Of a stretch of 64,000 nucleotides of DNA, positions 7,982 through 16,968 are shown one piece after another. Position numbers and translations under genes: made by a program. This stretch comes from an uncultured Desulfobacteraceae bacterium (GTDB taxonomy: Bacteria > Desulfobacterota > Desulfobacteria > Desulfobacterales > JALSRD01). Location: contig CAYUAQ010000005.1 of NCBI GenBank assembly GCA_964442705.1, positions 1,102-65,101 of the forward strand. The letters are read 5' to 3'. The notes under the pieces were generated by a model that saw only the letters and a list, made by a program, of their open reading frames with translations, had not been told where the DNA came from and searched no databases. Numbering within the stretch: the first letter of the stretch is position 1; every line of letters begins with the position of its first letter.

Positions 7982-10324
7982 GTGATGAGTACCCAAGCAT
8001 TTCAGTTTTTAAAGACCATCCCTATTTTCGCTTCGTTGCCGAAGCATGAACTGGACAACATTGCCAAGCATGTTTACGTCAAGAAATCCCCCCGGGGGAC
8101 AATTCTGGCCCACCAGGGAAAGACTCCCATCGAGGATATTTTTATCCTGAAGAGCGGCATGCTGGAGCTGTTCTATACCAACGTCAAGGGGGAAAAAATA
8201 CTGAGCGGCAACCTGCAGTCGGGCGATATTTTCGGTGGTATTTCGCTGCTCATGAACGCCGGCTTGGCGGTGAGGACGGTTACTGTGGAAAGGGACGCGT
8301 CCTTTTACCTGCTTCCCAAAGACCTGTTTCTTGAACTGTGTGGACGTTACAAAACTTTTTATCAGTATTTCGTTGATGCGTTCAGTCAGCGCATGCTGGA
8401 CGAATCATACGCCAGTATCATCGGAGCCACCCAGGCGTTAAACTTCCTGTCCCAGACGGTGCCCTTCTCTTTTCTGCCCGATAACTTGCGCAAGCAGGCC
8501 GCTGACCAGGTATCCCTGATTCACTATGCCCAGGACACCGTACTGTGCATCCAGGGCAAAACCGAACTGGAACATCTGTACATCATCCAGAAGGGGGCGG
8601 CCGAACGGTACTACGAGAAGGACGGCAAGAAAACGCTCAAGGGCCTCATGGGTGAGGGCGACATCTTCGGCGGCATCTCTATCCTGCTCAACCGCGGGAT
8701 TGCCGTCAGATCGTTGCGCACCATAGAGGATGCGTACATCTACCTGCTTCCCAGAAACGTTTTTCTGGAGATTTGTGAGTCTCACGAACCTTTCAGCGAA
8801 TATTTTACCGATACTTTTGGCAAGCGCATGCTGGACAAATCCTACCGGTCCATCATCGCCCAGAGCCTGCGGCCGCGAGAAGACGAACTGCCTTTTCTGA
8901 ACCAGGCCGTGTCCACCATCGTACAGACCGATATCGTGCACTGCCCCCCGGATACCAGCATTCAGGAAGCTGCTTCGGTGATGAAACGCCACGGGTGCAG
9001 CTCGATATTTGTCAGAGAGGACGATGGCCGCTATACGGGCGTCATCACGGACAACGACATGCGCAACAGAGTGATTGCCGATGGTTACGATATTCATCGG
9101 CCGGTTTCCGACATCATGTCATCGCCGCTCATAACGGTGCCTTCGGATGCGCTCATATTCGAGGCGCTGATGACCATGATGCAGCACAACATCAAGCATC
9201 TGGCGGTGACTGACGCCGATGCCCATGTGGTGGGAATCCTCAGCAACCAGGACCTCATCAATGCGCAGGGAAACTCACCGCTTTTCCTCATCCGCAGTAT
9301 TAATACGGCAACATCGATGGAAGACCTCACGGATGTACAGGCCAGACTGCCTCATCTCGCCAAGGGATTGATCAGCAGCGGGGCCAAAGCACGCAACGTG
9401 ACACGGCTTATCACCACCGTTGCGGATGCGGTGCTGAAAAAAATCGTTGGGTTTGCCCTCGACGAACTGGGGGCGCCGCCGGCCCGGTTCGCCTTCATGA
9501 TCATGGGCAGCGAAGGTCGCCGAGAGCAGACCTTTAAAACTGATCAGGACAATGCCATCGTTTTCGAAGATGTTGCACCGGAAAAGGCAGAGGAAGTGAA
9601 AGCCTATTTCCTGCGTTTCGGCGAACTGGTGTGCGGCTGGCTGGATCAGGCCGGATACGCCTTCTGTCAGGGAGGGGTAATGGCCAAAAACCCCCGATGG
9701 TGCCAGTCCCTGACATCCTGGAAAAAGGATTTTTCCAACTGGATTCACGCGGCCGAACCGGAAGACCTGCTGCAGTCCAGCATTTTTTTTGATTTCCGGG
9801 GGGGATACGGTGATATGTCGCTGATCGATGAACTGCGCGGCTACCTCTTCGACTCGCTGAAAGGCTGGGCCGGGTTCTTTCGGCATCTCACCGAAAACGC
9901 CCTCCATTTCAGGCCGCCCATTGGATTCTTCCGAAACTTCGTGGTGGAATCCAAGGGTAAACACCGCAATGCGTTCGACATCAAAGGCGCGTTAATGCCC
10001 ATCGTGGACTTCGCCCGTATCTATGCGTTGAAGCATGGCATCGATGAAACCAACACCCTGGACCGCCTGCAGCAGCTATCCGTAATGGGAGCGCTTTCCT
10101 GGGAGGAGTACAACGAACTCGAGCAGTCTTACTGTTTCATGATGCAGTTGCGCTTCGTACGGCAGATTACGGCGGTTCTGGACGAAAATCAAAAGCCGGA
10201 CAACTATATCAACCCCAAGAAACTGTCACGTATTGAACAGACCATGCTGCGGGAAATCTTCAAGCGCATCGAAAAGTACCAGTCCAAGTTGGAGATCGAT
10301 TTCACAGGAGTTGCGTGGGCTTGA
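7982..10324 (+). CDS. Signal-transduction nucleotidyltransferase: 2x cNMP-binding-like + CBS pair + DUF294 NTase + DUF294_C
   Basis: 780-aa ORF. Two beta-barrel cNMP-like domains (GDIFGGISLL..AVRTV and GDIFGGISILL..AVRSL) and a CBS pair. Pol-beta-type NTase motif GSEGRREQTFKTDQDNAI. AGGAGG lies upstream; the true start may be ATG7985. Confidence 0.9.
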   Translation: MMSTQAFQFLKTIPIFASLPKHELDNIAKHVYVKKSPRGTILAHQGKTPIEDIFILKSGMLELFYTNVKGEKILSGNLQSGDIFGGISLLMNAGLAVRTVTVERDASFYLLPKDLFLELCGRYKTFYQYFVDAFSQRMLDESYASIIGATQALNFLSQTVPFSFLPDNLRKQAADQVSLIHYAQDTVLCIQGKTELEHLYIIQKGAAERYYEKDGKKTLKGLMGEGDIFGGISILLNRGIAVRSLRTIEDAYIYLLPRNVFLEICESHEPFSEYFTDTFGKRMLDKSYRSIIAQSLRPREDELPFLNQAVSTIVQTDIVHCPPDTSIQEAASVMKRHGCSSIFVREDDGRYTGVITDNDMRNRVIADGYDIHRPVSDIMSSPLITVPSDALIFEALMTMMQHNIKHLAVTDADAHVVGILSNQDLINAQGNSPLFLIRSINTATSMEDLTDVQARLPHLAKGLISSGAKARNVTRLITTVADAVLKKIVGFALDELGAPPARFAFMIMGSEGRREQTFKTDQDNAIVFEDVAPEKAEEVKAYFLRFGELVCGWLDQAGYAFCQGGVMAKNPRWCQSLTSWKKDFSNWIHAAEPEDLLQSSIFFDFRGGYGDMSLIDELRGYLFDSLKGWAGFFRHLTENALHFRPPIGFFRNFVVESKGKHRNAFDIKGALMPIVDFARIYALKHGIDETNTLDRLQQLSVMGALSWEEYNELEQSYCFMMQLRFVRQITAVLDENQKPDNYINPKKLSRIEQTMLREIFKRIEKYQSKLEIDFTGVAWA

Positions 10325-10385
10325 TGCGCCTTGTAACAGGGGCCTTTCCACAGGGAAATCTTCGGCCGGATTCTCCTGACTCTTC

Positions 10386-11507
10386 ATGAAATCATCCGAT
10401 TTGGTCGCCATGAAAATTTCCAAATTCTACGTCCATCAGGAAGTCAGTGAACATGAACAGGTGCGGCGGTTCCAGAAACGGCTGAAACTCTCTGCGGCCA
10501 TCGTCAGGGATGTCACTGAGGTTTATCGACACGTGATGGCATCCGACGATCCCATAGGCGCCGGAAAGCAGACCCTTTTTCTGACCAGAAACAGGGGGCC
10601 GTTCGTACGCCAATGCCCGGGTACACGCCACTACCTGTGCTGTGGTTACCGGATTCTGCATATCGGCACCTACTGCACCATGGATTGTGCCTACTGTATT
10701 CTGCAGTCTTACTTCCATCCACCGCTGCTGCAGTTCTTTGTCAACCAGGAGGATCTCCACCGGGAACTCGATGATTTTTTCCGGCAACCCGGCGTCAAAC
10801 GGATCGGCACCGGGGAATTTACAGACAGCCTCATATGGCAGATGTGGACGGATATCGGTGGCCGGCTGGTAGAGCGTTTCGCCCGCCAGGAAAATGCCGT
10901 GCTGGAACTCAAAACCAAAACCACCGCCGTGGAGGCCTTCAAGGGGCGCCGGCACAACCGTAAGACCATCATGGCCTGGTCGCTGAATACCCCCCGCGTG
11001 ATAGCGTCTGAAGAGCGGGGGACCGCCAGCTTGGCGGCCCGTCTCGATAGTGCGCGCAGGTGCGAGCAGTGGGGCTATCCCCTGGCGTTTCATTTTGACC
11101 CCATGGTGATCTACGACGGATGCCGTGAAGAGTACCTGCAGGTTGTCGATCAACTGTTCCGTAACATTTCTGCCGGAAATGTGGTATGGATCAGCCTGGG
11201 CAGTTTGCGTTTCATGCCGTCCCTGAAGGTCATCATCGAAAATCGTTTTCCCCGGTCTAAAATTGCATATGGTGAATTCGTAGGCGGTTTGGACGGAAAG
11301 ATGCGCTATTTCAAACGTCTCAGGATTGGTTTGTACCGCAGCATGGTAGCACATATTCGGACCCTGGCACCCGACGTGAACGTGTATTTCTGCATGGAAG
11401 ATGAAGAGGTCTGGCAGCAGGCTTTTGGTTTCGCCCCTAAAGATCCGCATGGCATCGCGGAGATGCTGGACCGCAGTGCGGTTCGGCATTGCGGGTTGAA
11501 GTTATGA
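10386..11507 (+). CDS. Radical SAM protein, spore-photoproduct-lyase-like (SplB/COG1533 family)
   Basis: 373-aa ORF with a CX3CX2C cluster in GTYCTMDCAYCILQSYF. Size and layout are typical of SPL-family DNA repair lyases. An alternative start is ATG10410. Confidence 0.72.
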   Translation: MKSSDLVAMKISKFYVHQEVSEHEQVRRFQKRLKLSAAIVRDVTEVYRHVMASDDPIGAGKQTLFLTRNRGPFVRQCPGTRHYLCCGYRILHIGTYCTMDCAYCILQSYFHPPLLQFFVNQEDLHRELDDFFRQPGVKRIGTGEFTDSLIWQMWTDIGGRLVERFARQENAVLELKTKTTAVEAFKGRRHNRKTIMAWSLNTPRVIASEERGTASLAARLDSARRCEQWGYPLAFHFDPMVIYDGCREEYLQVVDQLFRNISAGNVVWISLGSLRFMPSLKVIIENRFPRSKIAYGEFVGGLDGKMRYFKRLRIGLYRSMVAHIRTLAPDVNVYFCMEDEEVWQQAFGFAPKDPHGIAEMLDRSAVRHCGLKL

Positions 11508-11536
11508 TAGCAAACTACCGATATGACTATCAGAGA

Positions 11537-12196
11537 ATGAATTACAAGACACTGCTGACGTGTCTGGTCCTGGTGGTGACAGGCATCAGCTTGCAAAGCG
11601 GGTACGCCGCGGAGACGGTGGTGCACGTCAAACGGGTCAATGATGGTGATACCATCACGTTGACGGATGGACGTCTGGTTCGGTATATAGGCGTGGATAC
11701 ACCCGAGATCGATTACGAGAGACGCAGGGCTGAACCGCTGGCTTATGAGGCCAGGGATTTCAACCGGATCATGCTGAAGGCGGGAGGGGTTCGACTGGAA
11801 TTCGACAGGCAGACAAAAGACGGTTACGGCCGGACACTGGCCTATGTCTTTTTACGTGACGGTACTTTTGTAAATGCTGAAATACTGAGACAGGGATATG
11901 GATTTTTTCTGCCGACGGGTAAGAACAACCGTTACGGGAGGAAGCTGCTGGAAGCTCAGCGTGAGGCCATGTCGGCTGGGCGGGGGATCTGGAGAAACTG
12001 GCGGGAAACGGGGAAAAGGGGCTATATCGGAAATCGACGCTCTATGCGGCTGCATCTGAGAACATGCCCTTCGGCAGCCGGCATATCGAGATCCAACCGG
12101 GTGTATTTCAAGACCAGCTGGGATGCGTTCTGGAAAGGGTATGCACCGGCCAGGGGATGTATGAAACCGAAAAGATCAAAATGGACAAGAAAATAG
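11537..12196 (+). CDS. Secreted thermonuclease (staphylococcal-nuclease fold) with C-terminal Cys/His-rich tail
   Basis: Start taken at MNYKTLLTCLVLVVTGISLQSGYA|AE, a signal peptide. SNase catalytic pattern present: VNDGDTITL, YIGVDTPE, GRTLAYVF, NAEILRQGYG. The tail is HLRTCPSA...ARGC. Confidence 0.85.
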   Translation: MNYKTLLTCLVLVVTGISLQSGYAAETVVHVKRVNDGDTITLTDGRLVRYIGVDTPEIDYERRRAEPLAYEARDFNRIMLKAGGVRLEFDRQTKDGYGRTLAYVFLRDGTFVNAEILRQGYGFFLPTGKNNRYGRKLLEAQREAMSAGRGIWRNWRETGKRGYIGNRRSMRLHLRTCPSAAGISRSNRVYFKTSWDAFWKGYAPARGCMKPKRSKWTRK

Positions 12197-12858
12197 AAGT
12201 CATTCAGACGCTTTTGAAGCACCGCAACCATGAGGTTGAGGAAATTAAGAACGGTTGCCGTCTGAAACTGAATCTCGATGATCAGAAGTGTAGCGTAGAC
12301 TTTTACATACTGCTGAGTGCGCCTGACCAGATCCGCGTCAAAGTGACCATCGACGGTATCAAGAATGTGGAGCATTCGGTCCAGCTTCAAACGGTGCAGG
12401 ACCTGCTGGAAGAGGCGCTCAGAGGGGCGGCAGCGGTGGAGAAACTGAGTTTTTTCGGACCGCGCGGGTCGTCCTCTATTTTCTATGCCCGTGTTTTCAT
12501 GGACAGGGACCCGCAAGTCGTGTTGAGCCGCTTTGAGGCGGCTGAACGTGCCTTTACCCAGTTGCAGGGGCTGGATTCAAAAAAATTCAGGCGGAACCTG
12601 GACCGGTTGGGATTGCCCCGTTCCAGCACCGTGCGGGTGGCACTGGCCAGGATTTTCAGGGAATCCATTGACGCCCAGGAATTGCTGGCGACGGTGGACA
12701 GCGAAGCCCGCAAAATCGTACACAGCGACCAGTGGCGCACACTGCGGGAGATCCGCTCCAAGAAGCAGCTTTCGGCAGCCAATTACATCATCGATCTGCT
12801 CTGGGAAGAGATCAGCCGAACCTTTATCGAACGCGCGCGCCAGGAGCTGAACGGATAG
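12181..12858 (+). CDS. Hypothetical cytoplasmic protein; start overlaps the nuclease stop
   Basis: Track ORF 12064-12858. ATG12181 (MDKKIEVIQ) overlaps the nuclease 3' end by 16 nt. I saw no signal peptide and no recognisable motif. Confidence 0.55.
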   Translation: MDKKIEVIQTLLKHRNHEVEEIKNGCRLKLNLDDQKCSVDFYILLSAPDQIRVKVTIDGIKNVEHSVQLQTVQDLLEEALRGAAAVEKLSFFGPRGSSSIFYARVFMDRDPQVVLSRFEAAERAFTQLQGLDSKKFRRNLDRLGLPRSSTVRVALARIFRESIDAQELLATVDSEARKIVHSDQWRTLREIRSKKQLSAANYIIDLLWEEISRTFIERARQELNG

Positions 12859-12869
12859 CTTTTGCGGTT

Positions 12870-15218
12870 TCATAGCACAGAGGGGCGGCGCACAGCGCGA
12901 ACCGAGGCGCAATCACGGGAGTCGAACTGGCTCTTGTTCCGCCCGTCGGGCCCAGAGGAAATGACATCCACCACCTTGCTCCAACCTTCGGCATCCGTAT
13001 AGCGGGTATAGCTTTTGGACGTCCAGTACCAGTGGACTTTATCGGCAGGCAGCGGAAAGGAATGGCTGTACAGCTGCTGGAGTTCGCCCGGGGTGGGCAA
13101 CCGCCAGTCGGTAAAGCCCCCCAGTTTCATGGACGTGACGTAATCATGGGCGGCTTTGTAATCGAGACAGTCCGTATGGTCTCCCAGTTCATCGTAAGCA
13201 TCCAGCAAAGCCCACATGAGGCCGCTTTTAACATCTTCCACGATCCCGCTCCCAGCGATCTTGAACCGGTCGCCGGCCCGTCTGAGATGCTCTTGCGCCG
13301 ATTTTCTCAAATCGGCAATATGCACATCCTTCTGCTGCCGGACGATCCGCTCTACTTCCACCTGGATTTCCTTTTTCACGCTCGTATCCGGGTAGGACAC
13401 CAGGTAGTCCATATACACTCTGCGGGCCGCTTCAAGATCAGAGCCGGCTTTTTCCGCCTCGGCTTTAAGGCTGGCCAATGCCAGTTGATCCGTGAGCCTG
13501 GCTTCAAGTTCTGATTTTAGTTCCCTGAGGCCGATCATGCGGGAGTCGTCCTCGTAGATGACCAGAAACGACTGCAGGTGGTTGAGTGCCGCCTGCAGGT
13601 CCGGAACGCTTTCAGCCTCCCGGCCGTCCCGAAGCAGCCGCACATAATACGCTTCGCGGGCCGAGGCAATCATCTTTTCGGCATCACCGCGGTGCTCCGA
13701 TTTCGGATGGGTCTTCAGGAATTGGCGGGCGGCCGTTACCCTGGCATAGACATCGGCGGAATTAGTGGATGCCAGCTTCTCAAAAGCGGCTTGATCCCGC
13801 AGCGTCGCCAGAACAGCCATTTTTTTCTTGATTTCGGGCCTATAGCGGCTGTCGGGATGGGCGGCAAGATATCGCTGGTAAACGTTCTCGGCTTCATCCA
13901 GACGGCCCTCTGACTGCAGTTCATCGGCCTTCTGGTTCATGTTTCGGTAATCACCGGCCACAATCTGTTGCTCTACCGTCATGAGCTTCTGCTGGGCTTT
14001 GGCGGCGACGTCACTGCCCTGCTTGGCCTGGATAAAAGACTGTAGCAGCTGTCTCTGTCTGCTCAGATCGCTTTCACGGTCCAAACGGGCGGTCAGGTCC
14101 TGATAGGCCTTTTCAGTGCGCTGCTGCCCCATGACTTTGTAGGCGGTAAATCCGGCCGCGAACAGCACCAGGCACACGGCGGCAACCAGTACCGGAGACC
14201 GGTGGCGCCGTTTCGGTTTTTCAATGGTCCATTTTCTGCGCTGACAATAATTTTCAATATAGGCGCGGGCCTCCTGCTCATCCATACCGAACTGCACGGC
14301 CCGCTCTACCAGTACATCGAGGTATTCGGCCCGGATCTTACCGTCCATACCGGCTACATCGATGTCGGAATTGAGCTCTTTCAGGTGAGACTGGGCCAGG
14401 GTGGCATCGTAAAGGCGGCGGCTGTTTTCATCCTTGAACAGCGTGATGCAATGACCGGCCAGAATGCCGGCAGCCGTGGTGACGGCGTCGGTGGCCGAAG
14501 TCTTATGGACCTGGGCCTCTCTTTCCCTGGCCTTTTCCAGCAGCAGTGCCAGCCCGGATCCCGGCGGCAGTCCCAGAAAGTCGTACAGGGATGTCTTGCC
14601 GACGATTTCAAGGTTACTGCTGATGACGCCGGCGATGGTTTTATCCAGGGTTTCCAGCTTGTCGATGGCCCCGGCGCCCTCTTTGCGGATGGGCCCCTGG
14701 ATACGCTGTCGGACCTGGTCGTTGTCGACACCATGGAGTTTGGCGATCTTGCCGATTTCTTCTTCGGTTATGTAGCCCTTGCTCATGCGGATGGCAATGG
14801 ACTTGTCGATCTCGGCGTTCTTTTCCTCCTGCTTGCGGCGAATGCGCGCTCGGATGTCGGCTTCGGACATCTGGTGCATTTTCGCCAGCTTGAATATTTC
14901 CTGGTCGGTCATAAAGCCCTTGCTCATGCGAATGGCGATATGACGGTCGATTTCGGAATATTTGGACGCCAGCTGCTTCTCGAGTTTCTCTCCGGCCCGG
15001 CGGGCTTCTTCTTCACGCAGCTTCGGATCCAGCATGACTTTCCGCATTTCGGGGATCATGCCGATGATCTTTTTGGCCTGCAGCGACTTGGTGGGATGGT
15101 TGCGAAAACGGCTCCACCTGGCCCTCAGGGTGTCGATAGCCTTTTCAATGACTTCCGCCCTGTCTTCCGGGGGGTCCAGGGAAAGTTCAAGCAGCAGGTA
15201 AAAGTTCTCTCTTTCCAT
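12870..15218 (-). CDS. Transmembrane J-domain-like co-chaperone candidate with TPR-like region and C-terminal DUF1566 (Lcl C-terminal-like) domain
   Basis: 782-aa ORF. The N-terminus has a J-domain-like pattern, NFYLLLELS..EVIEKAIDTLRARWSRFRNHPTK (HPT instead of HPD). It has a 47-aa tandem repeat, one TM helix (VLVAAVCLVLFAAGFTAY) and a helical repeat region. The C-terminus shows GLMW..DWRLPTPGELQQLY..WYWTSKSY..VRAVR. The start lies 3 nt after the Hsp70 stop. Confidence 0.8.
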   Translation of the reverse strand: MERENFYLLLELSLDPPEDRAEVIEKAIDTLRARWSRFRNHPTKSLQAKKIIGMIPEMRKVMLDPKLREEEARRAGEKLEKQLASKYSEIDRHIAIRMSKGFMTDQEIFKLAKMHQMSEADIRARIRRKQEEKNAEIDKSIAIRMSKGYITEEEIGKIAKLHGVDNDQVRQRIQGPIRKEGAGAIDKLETLDKTIAGVISSNLEIVGKTSLYDFLGLPPGSGLALLLEKAREREAQVHKTSATDAVTTAAGILAGHCITLFKDENSRRLYDATLAQSHLKELNSDIDVAGMDGKIRAEYLDVLVERAVQFGMDEQEARAYIENYCQRRKWTIEKPKRRHRSPVLVAAVCLVLFAAGFTAYKVMGQQRTEKAYQDLTARLDRESDLSRQRQLLQSFIQAKQGSDVAAKAQQKLMTVEQQIVAGDYRNMNQKADELQSEGRLDEAENVYQRYLAAHPDSRYRPEIKKKMAVLATLRDQAAFEKLASTNSADVYARVTAARQFLKTHPKSEHRGDAEKMIASAREAYYVRLLRDGREAESVPDLQAALNHLQSFLVIYEDDSRMIGLRELKSELEARLTDQLALASLKAEAEKAGSDLEAARRVYMDYLVSYPDTSVKKEIQVEVERIVRQQKDVHIADLRKSAQEHLRRAGDRFKIAGSGIVEDVKSGLMWALLDAYDELGDHTDCLDYKAAHDYVTSMKLGGFTDWRLPTPGELQQLYSHSFPLPADKVHWYWTSKSYTRYTDAEGWSKVVDVISSGPDGRNKSQFDSRDCASVRAVRRPSVL
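14676..14957 (-). repeat. In-frame 141-nt (47-aa) tandem duplication inside the J-like gene
   Basis: AGCCCTTGCTCATGCG occurs at 14774-14789 and 14915-14930. The protein copies are EIDRHIAIRMSKGFMTDQEIFKLAKMH.. and EIDKSIAIRMSKGYITEEEIGKIAKLH.. The boundaries are approximate. Confidence 0.6.
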
Positions 15219-15220
15219 CC

Positions 15221-16885
15221 TCAGTGTATCACCAGGCTCTGGCTGCGGGTCTTGGCCTCTTCCAGCTCTTTCCCGTGAATGACGGCATTGGTTTCAATGA
15301 CTACCGCCACTTTGCGGGACTGGGACGACTCCACCGCCGTGATGCTCAGCCGCCCCTCCTTGTTCAGTTTGAAGGTGATGTCGATGGGCAGGTCTGCGGG
15401 AAGACCCGGTGGCAGGTTCAGAACGGCCGTGCCGATTTCCATGGCGTATCCCGGGGAGAGGGTTTCCTCGCTGGTTTCGTTCTCCATGATGCGGATCAGA
15501 ACCGTCTCCTGGTCGGCGACGGCCGTGTAGAAGGTTTTGGCCGCTTCGGTCGGTACCGAGGTGTTGCGCAGAATGAGGTTGTAGACCATCTCCGCTTCCC
15601 CCTGGTCCCGCACCACCACCCCAAAACTCTTGCTGGCAACGTCCCTGACTTTTATCAGGGAGCTCTCCACTGCCGGCAGGGTGTAACCGGTTTCCCTGGC
15701 CAGTTCGGTGGCGGCTTCCTTGACGATCATTTCCGGACTCAGCTCCAGCACCTCTTCATTGCTCTTATCCGTAGGGCCCTGGGTCTCGGAAATTTTCTGA
15801 ACCAACCCGTCGTTGAGGGCCAGTTTCCATCCGTAGATGGCGGCCCCCTTGGCCACCACCCCGTCCGGATCGTACACCTTGGGGACGACACCGAATTCCT
15901 CCTGGATGCGGGTCGCAATCTGCGGCATACGCGAAGATCCGCCCACCAGGATGAAGTCATCGAAAGCCTCGTGGCCTTTGCGGGCAGCCTCGCTGAGCAT
16001 TTCCCGGGTGAAGGTAATGGTTCTCTCCACCAGGTCCCGGGTGATCTCTTCGAACTTGGCCCGCTGCAGCTCCACCTTCACCCGCTGACCGCCGTGGGTG
16101 ATGGAAATAGGGGTTTTCTCTCTCTGGGTGAGGATTTTTTTGGCCTTTTCCGCAGAGATCAGCAGGTCTTGACAGGTGTCGGGATCCTCAAGAATGTCTT
16201 CGGTGATGCCGGTCTGACGCTGAAATTCTTCCACCAGATAGGCCACCACGCGATCATCCCAGTCTTTGCCCCCCAGGTTGTGATCCCCGCCAGTGCAGAT
16301 GACTTCGATGGCATCGCTGTCGATGCTGATCATGGTGACATCAAAGGTGCCGCCGCCCAGGTCGTAGACCAGGACGGAGCGTTTGGTCAGGGGATCTTCG
16401 GCACAGTAGGCAATGGCGGCGGCGGTGGGTTCGTTGATCACCTGGCGGACGTTGAAACCGGCGATTTCGCCGGCTCTTCTGGTGGCCTCGCGTTCGTTTA
16501 TGCCGAAATAGGCCGGGCAGGTGATGACCACGTCATTGACCTTTTCCCCCAGGTTCTGTTCGGCATCCTGGGCCACTTTTTTCAGAATGAAACTCGATAT
16601 CTCTTCGGCCCGGTATTTCCTGGAATCGTATTCGAACAGAAATTCCGGTTCCCCCACTGCGCGTTTGACAAAACTGACCACATCGTTGGGGTACAGTTTG
16701 GAACTCTCCTTGGCCACATCACCAACCACGATCACGTCACCGTCAAAAAAAACCACCGAGGGTGTTACCCGCTGATTGTCGCTGTTGGGGATGATGACCG
16801 CCTTGCCGTAATCATCCACATAAGCGATCGACGAGTTGGTGGTTCCCAGATCAATTCCGAAGACCCACTTGATTTTACTTGTCAT
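15221..16885 (-). CDS. Atypical Hsp70 (HscC-like, truncated lid)
   Basis: Start taken at MTSKIKWVFGIDLGTTNS (ATG16885, GGAGAA upstream) inside track ORF 15221-16948. Full actin-like NBD motifs are present (DLGTTNS, DLGGGTFD, VGGSSRMP). The beta-sandwich SBD is present and the helical lid is short. About 554 aa. Confidence 0.9.
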   Translation of the reverse strand: MTSKIKWVFGIDLGTTNSSIAYVDDYGKAVIIPNSDNQRVTPSVVFFDGDVIVVGDVAKESSKLYPNDVVSFVKRAVGEPEFLFEYDSRKYRAEEISSFILKKVAQDAEQNLGEKVNDVVITCPAYFGINEREATRRAGEIAGFNVRQVINEPTAAAIAYCAEDPLTKRSVLVYDLGGGTFDVTMISIDSDAIEVICTGGDHNLGGKDWDDRVVAYLVEEFQRQTGITEDILEDPDTCQDLLISAEKAKKILTQREKTPISITHGGQRVKVELQRAKFEEITRDLVERTITFTREMLSEAARKGHEAFDDFILVGGSSRMPQIATRIQEEFGVVPKVYDPDGVVAKGAAIYGWKLALNDGLVQKISETQGPTDKSNEEVLELSPEMIVKEAATELARETGYTLPAVESSLIKVRDVASKSFGVVVRDQGEAEMVYNLILRNTSVPTEAAKTFYTAVADQETVLIRIMENETSEETLSPGYAMEIGTAVLNLPPGLPADLPIDITFKLNKEGRLSITAVESSQSRKVAVVIETNAVIHGKELEEAKTRSQSLVIH

Positions 16886-16968
16886 GAGGCACCGATTCTC
16901 CTGATCACCCTTCTGAAAAATCACATTGTCCGGTGCCATAAAATCCATGGCACCGGTTTCAGGAACGG

